Positions 1 to 13,030 are shown, counted from the stretch's first letter. The stretch is 64,000 nt of DNA from Paecilomyces variotii (GCA_004022145.1 RCNU01000001.1); one strand, 5' to 3'. Translations and numbers: made by a program. Notes: a model not told the origin generated them from the sequence alone.

Positions 1-1695
1 GTCTCGTTCCTTATTGCCAAGCGGGTCTACGGAATTGTATAGACGGACACCAATGTCCGCTGGATGCTACTTAATCCACAACTAACACCTCAAGCTCTCA
101 CGAATCCCTTGGTTATACACTGTTCTCGAAAGAGCAGGGATGAATGTGAATATAATGCGCGTGCAGTACATACATATATACCACACCTGAGCCTTCAGAT
201 TAACGACAACTCTGTGGGTCATTACTGTTTTGTTTAATTCTCGGTATGAATATCCTCGTCACGTCAATAGACCGGTTCTTGGACACCTGCAAAGGTAAGG
301 CGTTGGCTCGCTTCATTTGCGAAAAGTCAAGATGGACCATGGCGTCAATGTTGGAGCAGATCGATTTATGTTTTCTTTTTTTTAAAGTTTAGATTGGGCT
401 ATATACTTGGTTAATCTCTGTTATTGGTACTTGACAAGAATAGTTGAGCAATCTCCAATATAACTGTTGTAATCTTTACCTGGTCCGTTATGAATGGATT
501 ATTTGTTGGATATAGGAGCATGAATGCAACATGTTGTGATTCCAGCATTGATTCGCTGCCAATGTGTGAATAAACTCGGCAGTCAGGGGCAAATCCCAAC
601 TAGAAGACCCTCGAGTCACTTATCACTATCACTACCCCTTCCCCGCTTTTGGTCCCTCTTAAAGCCTTTGTAATCTTCTCTTCCTCTTCTTCCCTTTGTT
701 TCGATAAACAGTATCTTCGTTACCCATTATGACAGAATATAGATCTATCATATGTACCATAAATGATTGTCCCATAACATACAGTACTAATATATGAACT
801 ACATGTTCCGCCCTCAACAGTATGCAAGTTTTTTTTTTACTTCCCCCTAGTCTTTTTAAACATTTATCTATACGTTATCTCTATCTAATACCAATCCTAT
901 ATGGCTAGTTCATAGGTAGCGGGTAGTATAACCTACCGTATCCGGATTTGGCGAGCATCATATAAATAATCTATAACTTCTATTTACATACTGCGGAAAA
1001 CTTCACATTCTGGGCTATGAACCACGCGTGCCATTCGGTAAGTAGCCATTGCAGCTCTTGTATTTCGCCGTGCTAGCATACTAATTGAAGTATCGTAGGT
1101 GCCATAAAACTTCTTATCGTGATTCCCAATCGCCAATATGCCTTGTCCTGAAGTGATACTGCGATGCCGAAGAGAGCACGGGGGCTGGAGTTTCATGGGC
1201 CCTGAATACGGGAGCTGTGGTGAAGAGTGACCTGAAAAAGGGCCAGACCATAATGTTTAACAACAGACGCTTGATGAAACTGCAAGGGCTTTAGAGGTTC
1301 AAGAACAATCGGAGTATGCTGCTTCGATTACAAGGAAGCAAACGGGAGGATCAAGGGGGAGGGAGGGAGCCCTTTCGGAGAACAGCGATTGGAAAGGCGC
1401 TGCTTGGCCAGGCAAACTGGGACTCTGTGGAATTAATGGCGCAGCTATACTACGTCCTGGTTCAGGATATTGATCACGTCACAAAGCATCTGCAGAGCCA
1501 GAGAAGAAAGCTCTTCGAGCTGGCTGTTTCCAAATACGGGTTGCACACGACATTAGAACGCTCCTGTTACGGAAAGGGGAGAAAAAAAGAGCAAGCGCAA
1601 AGCCCAGGGTCAAATCCAGCACAGGAAATCCAGCAAATTATGAGACAATCCCCGCATACCACATAGTACACGGCCTGTCGGCCAGATAAGAACTC

Positions 1696-1715
1696 GGGGG
1701 GGGGGGGGGGGGGGG
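1696..1715 (+). repeat. Poly-G tract (20 G) flanked by inverted AGATAAG / CTTATCT
   Basis: Read directly: agataag-aactc-(G)20-cttatct. Confidence 0.9.
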
Positions 1716-3777
1716 CTTATCTTATATCCATATTGTGGGAAGGATATATATGTTTCGTGCTAACCTCCAATATGCATTCTTATCAACTTACAACGAAACA
1801 ATTTTTGTTTTTTTGGCACAAAGACCAGACAGACCTCCAGACGGGTTCTTTTATGTTACTTTGCTCTTCGGTAATAGAGCACAGTACAATTTCGAAGCCT
1901 GTTCCAGCACAGCAGACTCAAATTCCCCTGGCATAGCGCCATAATGTGTCTCTGAGAGAGTGAGTGCATGATCTTACTTAGGGCTGGAAGTGCGGACCAA
2001 TAATTGGCAATCAAACAATGTCAATTCTTCCAGTACTTTTTACAGACTTCGAGGGCGAATAGTTGGACAGAATATCGTGGAGAGAATGCGACAAAACTGT
2101 GAATTAGTTAGCTAGTGGTACTATGAAATATATTATCGGCTTATTTTATTGGATCAATGTATTTCAAAAGCGAGCGACATACCCCTCCGCAGTAAGCCAG
2201 GCGATCCTTTATTCTTCCGCCATATTGATATAAATATACCTTTAATAGTTCATGAGCAGCGAGGAGTCAATACTAATATTAATAATATGATGAGCGGCTG
2301 GAACAGCAAAATCGAGTCTCTAGGCAGCATTAAGATAAGTAATAGAACATAACTTGCCGAAACATGGGTCTGCATCACTTCACGGTATGAATTCTGATCA
2401 TATTCTAGCGCCGATCCGTGGGACGTGGACTATTTAACTTCATCTAAGTGCAATCTCTATGATCTTACGGGTGCTGGCATGGAAGCAAAAACTGTTGCCA
2501 TATTAAACAGCTGTGATTTTAGTTGCCTTGTGAGCGGAACCAGATGCGTACTAGAGGAAACGATCAGGAGTCGAACTATATTTCCGATCAATTAGGTAGA
2601 GCGCTAGACTCTTCTTCGCACCATTCGATAGTGAGTTATTATGAATATGGGGAGAGTTTTGTATGCGTATATCGTGTTGGGATAATAGCCAATTCCAAAT
2701 AAAAACAACTTTGGATGCAGAATAAGACGATAAACAAGACGGTGAGAGAGTATTTGGAACAGGAGAGAGATCTTGGAATGTACATCACAGACACAGAGAC
2801 CAAGACTCAATACGTGACCATGATGATTCCAAGGAAAACCTCATATAGTTACTGAAAAATCAACACCAAATGCTTTTAGAGTTCGACTTCCTCGGCACGA
2901 GATGCAGCACGCCTAATCTCCCGCGCATGCAGGCGTGATGCTTAAAAGCGTCAGTAATATGGTTAAAGTTAATCTAACCGGCTACTACATGGATTGGAAC
3001 CTGATTTATCGGTTAGTTCCCGCGGTGATGCCTGGTTTCAAAGTCTTCGAAATGAGGAGCGGTGAAAGAGTTTTCCGGCAACGTTCTGGAATAATACCGT
3101 CCACATTCCAATGTTGCGAACGATAGTATACGGTATTGTTGATGCCGTATAGTTCAATTACTAGGATGGAACAAATCCTCCGACTAACACCCCGGTTATA
3201 ATCATAATAGCATCCAGGAAAAAGAGAGACAGTTCTGGTATCCGAGATTATCCCGCTTATAACCGAGTCCCCGTTAGTATCTACTATCTGCAGTTGACTG
3301 ATTCCATGCAACTTCTGATGAACATGTGGACTCTGCAGCTTTCAGAGTGAGGCTACCGCTAGAGTGATGGTGAGAATGTTGGGAAGTGAAATAATGGCTT
3401 TTCGTCTGCCTCTTCTGTATGGATCAAAGGCTCACCGCATAGCCGGTACGTGGACGCTGGCATCCATGATCCTCGAGACTACCAGCTATAGATAGACACT
3501 AACCCGGAAGCTAATGGGATTCTGCCGCAAGACGACGCACGCTAGAGCTTTCCGGTAAGCCTGAGGGAATTCTGGAATGCAATAAGCGTTAAGCGTGGAA
3601 GGTTGTTTGGAGAGAAGCACCGGGAGGATTTGTGTAATTCCATGACTTTGTAGCATTGTCTGCTGCATCCAACGGGGAAGACTTGATGAGGGGGATCTGC
3701 CTGAGAGTGGCATGCGAAAGTGAAGATCAGCATCTGATAATGATTGTGAAAGGGGGTAATTGGGATAAGCACAGCTA

Positions 3778-3828
3778 GTTAATGAATTAATGAATTAATC
3801 AATTAATTAATTAATTAATCGATTAATT
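3778..3828. repeat. Imperfect (TTAA)n / AATTAAT low-complexity repeat
   Basis: ttaatgaattaatgaattaatcaattaattaattaattaatcgattaatt read directly. Confidence 0.85.
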
Positions 3829-4776
3829 GTCATTCCCCAGGCAGCACATGAGGTCACGATGACTGAGCCGCATCTGTAACGCTGTAACCAATATTACTAC
3901 GCCTGTGAAGACAACTGTGCCAGTATTATACCGTAATTTACACAGCTACAAACTCCCAGAAAGAAAAAAAACCGCCTGTCCTTTTTCTCTTCCCTTGATT
4001 CATTATCCCATCCCCGCGGGTTCCTGCAAACAGCTCCCTATTATTCCGAATCCCATCTCTTTCTATGCAATTTTGTGATTTCTCCATTAATTCCTCTTCT
4101 CCCCTGTGCTGCTTCTCTTCCCTCAACGTGCGACAGACGTGGGTTGGGCCATCCGTGACGTGGGCTGCGACTATTGGCCTTTGAACGCTCCGAACCCGCG
4201 GAGGCCCCCCAACTGTCAGAGCTAGATTGCCTATAAGGCTTGTGCCTTGGTGGACTTTGCCTTCGCTACTGACTCCAGGGCCCTTGTGCTGCTTCCACCG
4301 CCATCGTGGGAGCACGACGACGCACCATCTATTGTCTATCAACAAGCAGCCGAGCGAATGAAGCGCTAAAACTGGGATCGACATTGGCCGTCACGATCGC
4401 GCCCCTGCCCATCTATCTGACTGCAGCGCCCTTGGTCTCGTTAGTTATCGCAATCCCGCGCATCCCGACCATGATGTCCGCAGCTGCATCCGCACTCTAA
4501 GACATACTACTACTCACCTGTTGATTCCATTTCCCACTCGATGAGCTAGCTACAAGTCGTGCAGCTATACAGCAGTCTGGATCGTCGGTCCCCTCGTGAT
4601 TATTCGAACTTCCTCACAGCATGTGGTCTCTGCTCATTCGTCCCGCCGTTCTGTCTGCGTAACGTCCTGTTTGGGAGAGCTCAGGAGCCCCATTTGGGAC
4701 CTCGCGTTATCCACCGTCTTTCGCCCAACAATACTCTCAGCGCGGTCGCGTCAGCGACCTAGCGTGACTTGTTGAG

Positions 4777-7461
4777 ATGGCATCCGCTGCCTCATCGAAC
4801 GTATCCTCCGAACCATCGAAGCAGACAGGGAAGGCTCGTGGAGGCGCCTCATCCGAATCGGGTGTTGACGGAGATACCCTGGAACAACCGCCCTCCGATT
4901 TACAGGACGTACAGAACCCACCTGCTGCCATGTCACAACTTCCGAAATTATCTTCACCTCTGTCTAACGTCTCGACGCCTGGATCAACTGCAACCTCAAC
5001 CGCCCCCTCGCGCGAGCCATCCCCCGTTCGTCATCCGCTTCGCCTCAGCGCATCAACGTCAGCCTCCAGAGTCTCTTCACGGCGAAGAAAAGGTAGTCAA
5101 GGCCAGAGCCCGAGCCGTACTTCGAATAACACCAGTACCGGTGCAGTCCCTTCTGCGACTTCCGTCCAGCAAGCGTTCGCCCAGGCGAAACCTCAGCTAC
5201 CTGTCCCGGTTATCGATGCGTCCTCCAATGTCCCCAGTCCCGACAAGTCTGACATGGCCTCGCGAAACAGCCCCCAACATGAGTCGGCGAGGCCCAATAC
5301 ATCCCTCAAGAGATCACCACCACCTGAAGAATCTGAAACATCGACAAAAACGGATATGGCAGATGAACACAATCGGGCTGTTCCCCGTGGTGGGACGAGG
5401 GGTGCTAGCGGAGCTGGATCGGTCCTCGAGACGGTTCAGGAAGCGAGCCTTCCTTCGACACCTTCCACTGACAAGAAGTTGAGCCCGACGAAACCCGAAG
5501 AGCAACTCCCTGGTAATGGCAAACAGGCTGTCGAGAGCGGCAGTGAAAGTGGTGGAAACAGGAGTTCAGACACCAAACAAAAGAAGCGTCCGCGCGACTC
5601 GTCTATCACCTCCAAGACCGGTGATATCCCACCAAAGCGGTCCTTCACGTCCTTGAACGGTGCCCGGGGGAAGCCAGGCGACGGGTCTGTCCGCAACATG
5701 ATTGTCGAGACTGAGACCGTCAGCTCGGTTCCGCAGGTATCACTTGGCGTCGGCGCCGGTGAGCGAGGGGCTTCTGGAAGAGCAGATCAAGGCACCATCC
5801 GTATGAAGCCGAGCACCGAAACGATCAGACCCAAAAAAGAAAGGAAACGACAGAGTCGGAAACCAACTGCCCTTCAGTCAGGGACCGTTTCGTCCAAAGC
5901 CGATATCTTTGAAGCCAAGGTTGCCAGCGCAGTGGATGAAGCCGATGTATCTGATTCCGACGAGACGTTCGTCTATGAGTCAAACCCTCCAGATCCTTAT
6001 CCGGTTGTCCAGCACAGATATCATTCCCGGACGCCCAGCACGACTTCGATGGTCAGCCAGATGGATCAGTTCGCAGGGCGGTCTCGCACCGGTCTCAGAG
6101 ATGGGGGTCACAGTGTCACTGGCAAGCGCAGTATGAAGTTTACAAACAACAATGCGTATAATAGCAGCATCGATGGTGATGCTGCTGACGATATCGGCCG
6201 AGGCTCATCTAGGGCTGAGAGTAATGGACACACGAGTCGCCATATTGGCCGCCACGGACGGAGTGGGTATGCTTCATTATTCGACCGCGAATCACCTTTC
6301 CCACCGTCGCAGCCCATCCCTAAATCTCCTCGACATCTAACGGGCAATGCCTTCCGACACAGCAGACATGCCAGTCCGAGGACTGCCCAAAACTATCGCA
6401 CTATGGGCAGTCCCAGGAAAACTGGGGATGCATATAGCTACGACATCGATGGTGAGGGAGCGGATGACGAACGAACCCCGCTGGTAGGCTCTGTCCGAAT
6501 CAATAGGAGCCGTCATGGTCGACGACCAAATAGTGCGAGCCTGCGACAGCTGGAATATGTGGAGCAGCGTCGACGACGATACTTTTCCCGATATGGCAGC
6601 TGTATTCTTTTTACGCTGCTGATTCTTCTGTTGGTCGGCGGTGCCACTACATTTGTCATTGCTGTGACCAAGCCACTGCGAGATCTCTCAGTAATCGAGA
6701 TCCAGAACGTGCTGGCGTCAGAGCAAGAGATAATGCTAGACTTGGACGTACTGGCGGTTAATCCTAACCTCTTTCCCATTGCTGTTAATGACATGGATGT
6801 CAACATCTTCGCGAAGAGCAGGTTTGTCGGGAGCGAAAAGTTCTGGAGAGACCATGGGCCCCATCCAGATGACTTCCCTCGCGTTGAACGGAGCAAACGA
6901 CGGGCCCTGATGGCACGGACCGTCAACTATACGCGCAGAGCCGATCTTGAAGGAGCTAGCCTTCTTCGTCCTGGACATGGAATTGACAGAGGCACGGATC
7001 CGATCCCAGATCCATCCGGAGATCCCCAGACCATGTTGTTGGGCAGAGTCTTTGAGTTTGATTCTCCGCTTACGTTCGACCCATCGCCGTGGGAGCAGCT
7101 ACCGTCCGAATCGATCGGTCAGATCCGGCTGCGACGGCCAGGAAACAAGACGGAAGAGGGCGGCACCGAGAGATGGGAGCGTGTTCTGCAACATCCTTTC
7201 GAGCTCATTGTTCGCGGTGTGGTCAAATACCAGTTACCGCTGAGCTCGAGGATGCACCTGACGACTATCAGTTCAAGTGTCAAGGTGATTCCCGACGGCG
7301 ATACGAGCGGAGGCGACGGTGATATTCCCCGTAACGATACGGTGAAGATAAATGGTATGCGGAGGTATAACTTTCATACTGTGCATCTTCCTGTCAACGA
7401 CGGCCGTCCTACTGAATCATCGGCACTACAAGCTCGTACGACACGAGCATTTTCAGCATGA
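4777..7461 (+). CDS. VAC7: Vac7-like vacuolar regulator of Fab1 PI(3)P 5-kinase (894 aa, single exon)
   Basis: Vac7-type blocks SKADIFEAKVASAVDEADVSDSDETFVYESNP, one TM helix (CILFTLLILLLVGGATTFVIAV), IQNVLASEQEIMLDL, TMLLGRVFEFDSPLTF and HPFELIVRGVVKYQLP; Ser-rich N-terminus. Confidence 0.88.
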   Translation: MASAASSNVSSEPSKQTGKARGGASSESGVDGDTLEQPPSDLQDVQNPPAAMSQLPKLSSPLSNVSTPGSTATSTAPSREPSPVRHPLRLSASTSASRVSSRRRKGSQGQSPSRTSNNTSTGAVPSATSVQQAFAQAKPQLPVPVIDASSNVPSPDKSDMASRNSPQHESARPNTSLKRSPPPEESETSTKTDMADEHNRAVPRGGTRGASGAGSVLETVQEASLPSTPSTDKKLSPTKPEEQLPGNGKQAVESGSESGGNRSSDTKQKKRPRDSSITSKTGDIPPKRSFTSLNGARGKPGDGSVRNMIVETETVSSVPQVSLGVGAGERGASGRADQGTIRMKPSTETIRPKKERKRQSRKPTALQSGTVSSKADIFEAKVASAVDEADVSDSDETFVYESNPPDPYPVVQHRYHSRTPSTTSMVSQMDQFAGRSRTGLRDGGHSVTGKRSMKFTNNNAYNSSIDGDAADDIGRGSSRAESNGHTSRHIGRHGRSGYASLFDRESPFPPSQPIPKSPRHLTGNAFRHSRHASPRTAQNYRTMGSPRKTGDAYSYDIDGEGADDERTPLVGSVRINRSRHGRRPNSASLRQLEYVEQRRRRYFSRYGSCILFTLLILLLVGGATTFVIAVTKPLRDLSVIEIQNVLASEQEIMLDLDVLAVNPNLFPIAVNDMDVNIFAKSRFVGSEKFWRDHGPHPDDFPRVERSKRRALMARTVNYTRRADLEGASLLRPGHGIDRGTDPIPDPSGDPQTMLLGRVFEFDSPLTFDPSPWEQLPSESIGQIRLRRPGNKTEEGGTERWERVLQHPFELIVRGVVKYQLPLSSRMHLTTISSSVKVIPDGDTSGGDGDIPRNDTVKINGMRRYNFHTVHLPVNDGRPTESSALQARTTRAFSA

Positions 7462-8795
7462 CAACTCTACATTTCCACCTTCTATGAACAGTGACCTGTC
7501 ATCCAACTTTCCAACGCATTGATGATTGTGGTCTTTTTGATTTAACATATACCCCAATCCGCGCGCATTTGTATTATTATAAATCTGTTTAGTAGCGTTA
7601 TGGGCCACGGACGCCACGAAGGCACTCGGCGCCCGGCGCTCGTTTGAATATTCAAGATGTTCTATTTCTTCTCGCGTGTCTTTAGAGAGTGCGATCTCTT
7701 GCTTGCACCCTGGATCCATAGCACAGTATAATTATCCTGCCCTTCTAGCTAATCGTGAGGCGACACTCCTTCACCAGATTTCCTTTGTCATGTGGTTACT
7801 TGCTCTTCATGTCTGAGGAACGCTTTATGAAACAAAAGTATAGATAGATTCATGGGACTCATGTCAGCGGTATCGGGGGGTTCACCAATTCAGATGTTTG
7901 TGTATATATCAAGAGCACATTGAAAAGAGAGAGTCCCGACAATAAAGAACAACAATAATAATAATCAATGAATGAAAGCCGTCGGAAGTCATGATAATAT
8001 ATCGCCACGTGACGCAGCCACAGCCGTGACGTCGCGCCGAAAGTTGGCCGTCGATCTCCCCCGGACAGGCACGCCCAACCCCTCGATCTGGCTATCGAGA
8101 TCTCTCCTGATCGTCCACCTCTTATTATTGCTCTCTTCCAGTCCAGGCAAGCTTGAGAATCCTCGTTCATCCCTGTCTCGAACAGCTGACTATTGCGACT
8201 CCCGATCGGCTGCGCTCGCCACTCACTCCGCGCACTTCCGCTGTTCACATCTAGTTTCGCGCATCTTGCTTGGCCCTTGTCTCTTCCAGCAAGCCGGCGC
8301 CAGCTAATTATCTTGTCTCACTGCTCACGGACACCAAAAGGGCAGGCTACGTTCGTCCCAAAATTCGAGCAACCCCTTTCCATCGGCCCTGTGGCATAGA
8401 TCTTCAAGATCGACTATCAACGCCAACGGGATAAAGTCGTCTGACTGTCCGCAATTCCGCAAAGTACTCTGGGGTAGGTATCTCGGTTGATCGCATAAGA
8501 CCTTTCTTTCTTCACCAGCTGTTTTGACGTATTGCTCTTCTGCCGTTTGCATTCCTAATTCCCTATGTTTCCACAGGTAACACCCGCGAATTCGCGATCG
8601 AAACGGTCGCATCCCCATTGGGAGCGCCGTCATCTCGAACTCCTACGCTGGGCACATCAGCAACAGGATCAACAGCAGCTAAAAGAGCGCCAGTGCAAGG
8701 AAGCCAAGTGCTGGGAACACTCGCATACGAAACATAGTCACCTGCACGCCCGTCCTCCGATAACACACCGAGCAAGCAAAACGAGGAAACAGAAG

Positions 8796-10262
8796 ATGCG
8801 GGACGGAGGGCTTGGTAAGCTGCAGAAGCGGATGATGGGGCGTCTCGGAGAGTCGGTACGTGGAGGACATCCTTTGTTAATTGCTTGCTTTTTGTGTTGT
8901 AGAATCTGTTTGAGTGCCTGGGGTGTTTTCAAAGACTGGCGGTCTCCGCTGCGAAAGCACACTTTAGGGAGCGTCGTCTTCTTCCATTACCCTGCCCTGC
9001 CATTTCTTCCTTACTACCATCCCTGTAGTGACCCTGCGAATCGATTCAGTTGCGCCTGGCGCATTTTTGCACTTGACATTTCCTCCACGATGTTTCCTTG
9101 GGACGTCTGTCTTCTTATCTTTGGCGCAACTGTCTCTGTCTTGCTATGGTCAATTGTAAGAACGCCCGCTAAGAGTCCACAGTTGCATCCGGATGACGCA
9201 TATCTGAGCTGTGAGTGAGATCCCTGCAGTGGAGTTAGTAAATCTTGCTGGGATTGCGCAGCTAATACTGTACAATCAATCCTACAGATTACGATATTCG
9301 CCGTATGTTGCCCTCCTACTGGCTCTTCTGAATAGGCCGACTGATAATGGTGTAGTAACGAGAGAGGACATTCAAACGCTTAAGAATGACTGGTTGACGG
9401 ACAATGTAAGTGATGCTAGTTGGTAGCAATGAAACAAATGCTTATTCGAACGCAGGTGATTTCTTTCTGGGAAGAGTAGGTCCCTCCGAAACCTGGGCAA
9501 GCCCCCAGGAACAGGCTGACTTGCGAAGATATCTTGAACGGGAGTTCTTGACTCAGTACAAAAACTCAAATATTGTCCTCCTTCGTCCTAGCATGTCTTT
9601 CATGCTGCTCCAGACGCCCGATCCTCGCACACTCCGCGACGCCCTACCGAACTTCTCTCGAACAACGCATGTGTTTCTCCCCATTAACGACTGCCATAAT
9701 GCCAACGAGGCGGAAGGTGGTACCCACTGGTCTCTACTCCTGATATCGATTGTCGATGGCATCGCATTCCATTACGATTCGCTTCCTCCTGGCAATCGGT
9801 GGGAAGCTTATCAAGTGACGATGAAATTCAGTGCTCTATTAAATAGACCCATACGCTTCATCAATCTGGATGACTCGCCCATCCAGGAGAACAGCAGTGA
9901 CTGCGGCGTTTTCGTTTGTCTGAGCATGCGACATCTTCTACTGAAAAGGCTTCTAATGGCAAATTCAAATGAGAAAGTCAGCATGAGCCTAGGAGGAAAG
10001 AAGATTGACGCATCTTCCGGGAGGAAAGAGATCGCAAAAATAATCGAAGGTTTCCGAAAAGAAGGCGAAAGACGGAGATCGTAAGTTTGCCTGTTTCATC
10101 CGCTTTCTTCAACCGCCTACTATCAGAATTTCCCTCTCTCCCGTGAGCCTTTTACATGAAATTGTGATTACCATTGTCAACGGTCGAATACTGACTTATA
10201 TATTGAGAGGTAGTGCAAGTCCAGCAGGGAAAAAGTCACGGAGTCCTCCAAGGATTGAATGA
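8796..10262 (+). CDS. denA: NEDD8-specific protease DEN1/SENP8 (Ulp1/C48 family), about 7 exons including micro-exons
   Basis: Manual splicing gives MRDGGLGKLQKRMMGRLGES-LHPDDAYLS-YYDIR-LTREDIQTLKNDWLTDN-VISFWEE-YLEREFL... with C48 catalytic motifs GGTHWSLL, FHYDS and QENSSDCGVF, ending SPPRIE*. Introns are GT-AG. Confidence 0.9.
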
Positions 10263-10994
10263 CCAAACCAACTTCTGTCGTTGTTCTCTTCTGAGTCATT
10301 TCCAGCTTTTACGTGTTTTGTTCTAAAGAAGTGTGAACCAGGAGTGGGAGCTTGGCGTGGGCGAGTATCCGGAACCTGCTGTGATCCCAAGCGTGCCAAT
10401 ATGGGTCTAGTGTATCATGAGAGGTGTCTTCTACGGACTGTTTGTACTTTGTCATCTTTTGCATATTCCGGGTCTGGATCTTTTTCATCATCTCAGTTTA
10501 TGTCGTGTCTTTCTAGCATTCAGCAAGCGTAAAGATGAGCATGCATAAGCAAAAATAAGATATCGTGGTGCTTTCGGCTAGAGCCATGCTGCGGATATCA
10601 AGTTGAATTCAAATTCTTTGGCAGCTAGCCTTGTTATCCGCGGGAATTGGGTATGATCTTTCGATTTTGTCGGCTCTGCTTTAAACTGTAATAATAAGCC
10701 AAGTCCTTTCTACAGCTGTTTTCATAATTACCCCAGAAACGCAGAGACCCGAAACCCCGTGTCTCCGTACATATAATATGCATTAGAGTTCACTCCGTCC
10801 ACCCTCGGTTAATCTAACACCGAACAGCAACCATCTAGGAATCAACCTCAGGAGACCTAACCACGGAGGTCTACAAATTGCGTGTGTAAATTGTATGTGG
10901 TGCTCGAATAATCGTGCCGCTCTTAGCAAAACATCCTCCCATTGCTCTGGTTAGTGCATGACCCTGGCGCTACCATTGCAAAACAAACAGCGAA

Positions 10995-12258
10995 ATGTTA
11001 CCAGCCTACGTGAGTATCCCATAACTACGTGGTTAACACTATATTGAAAGAATCCAATATCGGACATCAAGCTCAAAACAAGTCCTAGATAAGGTCGACA
11101 TCGCGGAGAGCATTCTCAACCACCTGCAGCGTGGCTAAGCGACAAAACAGCATCCCAGCAGCCTACTACCGCGGTGGCACATCTCGCGCGTTGATATTCC
11201 ATGAGAAAGATCTTCCTGCAAAGAGAGAAGATTGGAAGCCGATATTTCTCGGAACAATCGGCTCACCGGATTTGAATGGGAGACAGCTCGATGGCATGGG
11301 CGGGGGAGTCTCCAGCCTATCTAAAATATGCGTTGTGGCACCATCGGATCGTCCTGATGCTCAGGTTGATTTCACGTTTGTCCAAGTTGGTGTGAAGAAT
11401 AGTGGGATTGATTATGCTGGTAATTGTGGGAATATGACGAGTGCTATTGGGCCTTTCGCTGTTGATTCGGGAATCGTCGATCCTGCCGAGACAGAAGGCT
11501 TGACAACGGTGCAATTGTACAACACAAACACGGACAAAGTGATCCATGTGACGTTTCCAGTTTCTGACGGCGAAGCAGTCGCTGACGGTGACTTCTCAAT
11601 CGATGGTGTATCCGGCTCAGCAGCGAAGATACAACTGGATTTCATCGATCCTGCAGGGTCCAAGACCGGAAAACTCCTACCTACTGGAAATACCGTCGAT
11701 ATCTTTGACGGTATCAGATCGACATGTATTGACGTTGGCAATCCTTGCATTTTCATCAAGGCAGAAGATCTCGGCGTCGATGGCACGATGCTCCCTGATG
11801 ATACTCAGGTGCATCCCGGCCTTCTGGAACGACTGGAGTCTATCCGTAGACAAGCTACCGTTGCCATGGGTATCTCCAAAACTCTCGAAGAGGTACCTCC
11901 GTCAATACCGAAGATCTGCTTCGTCTCTCAACCTAAATCGCATAAACTCATCTCCGGTGAAGAGCTGCATGAAAGCTCCGTTGATGTGGTCGTTCGTGCG
12001 ATATCGACCGGTCAGCCGCATAGAGCTCTCCCCATCACATCGGGCCTAAGTGTTTCTGCGGCTGCTAAATTGCCGGGTTCGGTATTGTCGGAGTGTCTTA
12101 CTGGTGATCTTGGTGATAGGGAGGAGTTGAGGATCGGACATCCGAGTGGGAAGCTGGTGGTTGGGGCTAAGTATAGTGATGATGGGAAGAAGCTTGAGAG
12201 GGCGACGGTGTTTAGGACTGCGAGAAGACTGATGGAGGGGAAGGTGTTTTGGAAGTAG
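10995..12258 (+). CDS. PrpF/DUF453-family isomerase (aconitate/methylitaconate isomerase-like), probably mitochondrial; exons 10995-11009 and 11089-12258
   Basis: PrpF motifs YYRGGTSR, QLDGMGGGVSSLSK, GNCGNM, IGHPSG and VFRTARRLMEG. The track ORF starts at GTG; an upstream ATG joins in frame through a GTGAGT...TAG intron. Confidence 0.88.
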
Positions 12259-13030
12259 GGGGTTTTTAGGAGGGCTCATGTTGGTTATCAGAGATGGAAT
12301 ATGCTTGGTTGGTTATTGTTGATATGATTTTATATTAGATGGGATCTGCTGGTGTATGTATATCTTGTGGACTATGGTTCATCTCTTTTGGTATCTGAGA
12401 AGACTGTGTCTCCTAATCATTTTTCGTGGAGATATAGCCCCATCTTTCTATGTAGATCTATGTAGACGTCTCCATCCCCCGATGCCACTTTAGTATACTC
12501 GACAGAAAGACCTCGGGAATCCCTCTACATATTACCCATCTACATTTACGAATATCCGGTCTCGCCATTTCCTCTGTTTATCTTTCCTTGTGCAAATGTT
12601 TCCATCAAATTGTGGGAGGCGACTTCCAGTTCTTACTTTTTGGGCCAGAAAGGGGCAGCAACAATCTGGATATTCCCTATTCCTGAGTCCTTTGCGGCAG
12701 TCGCTCAGGTCGTGATGCGATGCTGCTCCTTCCCTGAACCATGATATATTGCCAGAACAGGAAGCTTCGCAGCATCAAGTCTGGGAAGTCAGTACTCATG
12801 GGTAGAAGGGTATAAGAACCCACCTGTTTTCCCTTCCTGTAGCTCTTCTTCTTTTCCTCCTTCAACACCTTCTGGTTCGTCCTGGCGCGCATATCGTATT
12901 GCATTCGCATACCGTTTCGCATCGTCCTCCACCGCTTTAGCTCTCGCAAGCTTCTTTTACCCTCTCCTCTCCGCTGTACCTCTGGTACATCCTTTTTTCC
13001 TCCCAGACGGTTACTTGGTCCGCTGTCACG

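Noticed and set aside
2560-3780. Possible transposase or gene relic
   Set aside because: Trial translation in several frames gave no recognisable motifs, so no call can be supported.
4769-5482. 237-aa alternative-frame ORF overlapping VAC7, and similar shadow ORFs over NF-X1, ATP11, ladA and LYAR
   Set aside because: These are overlapping or antisense to well-supported genes in GC-rich coding DNA and have no recognisable motifs.
8565-9218. 217-aa ORF upstream of the denA core
   Set aside because: It is a chance read-through of denA leader, exon 1 and intron 1; its ATG lies in a probable 5'UTR intron ending at 8576.
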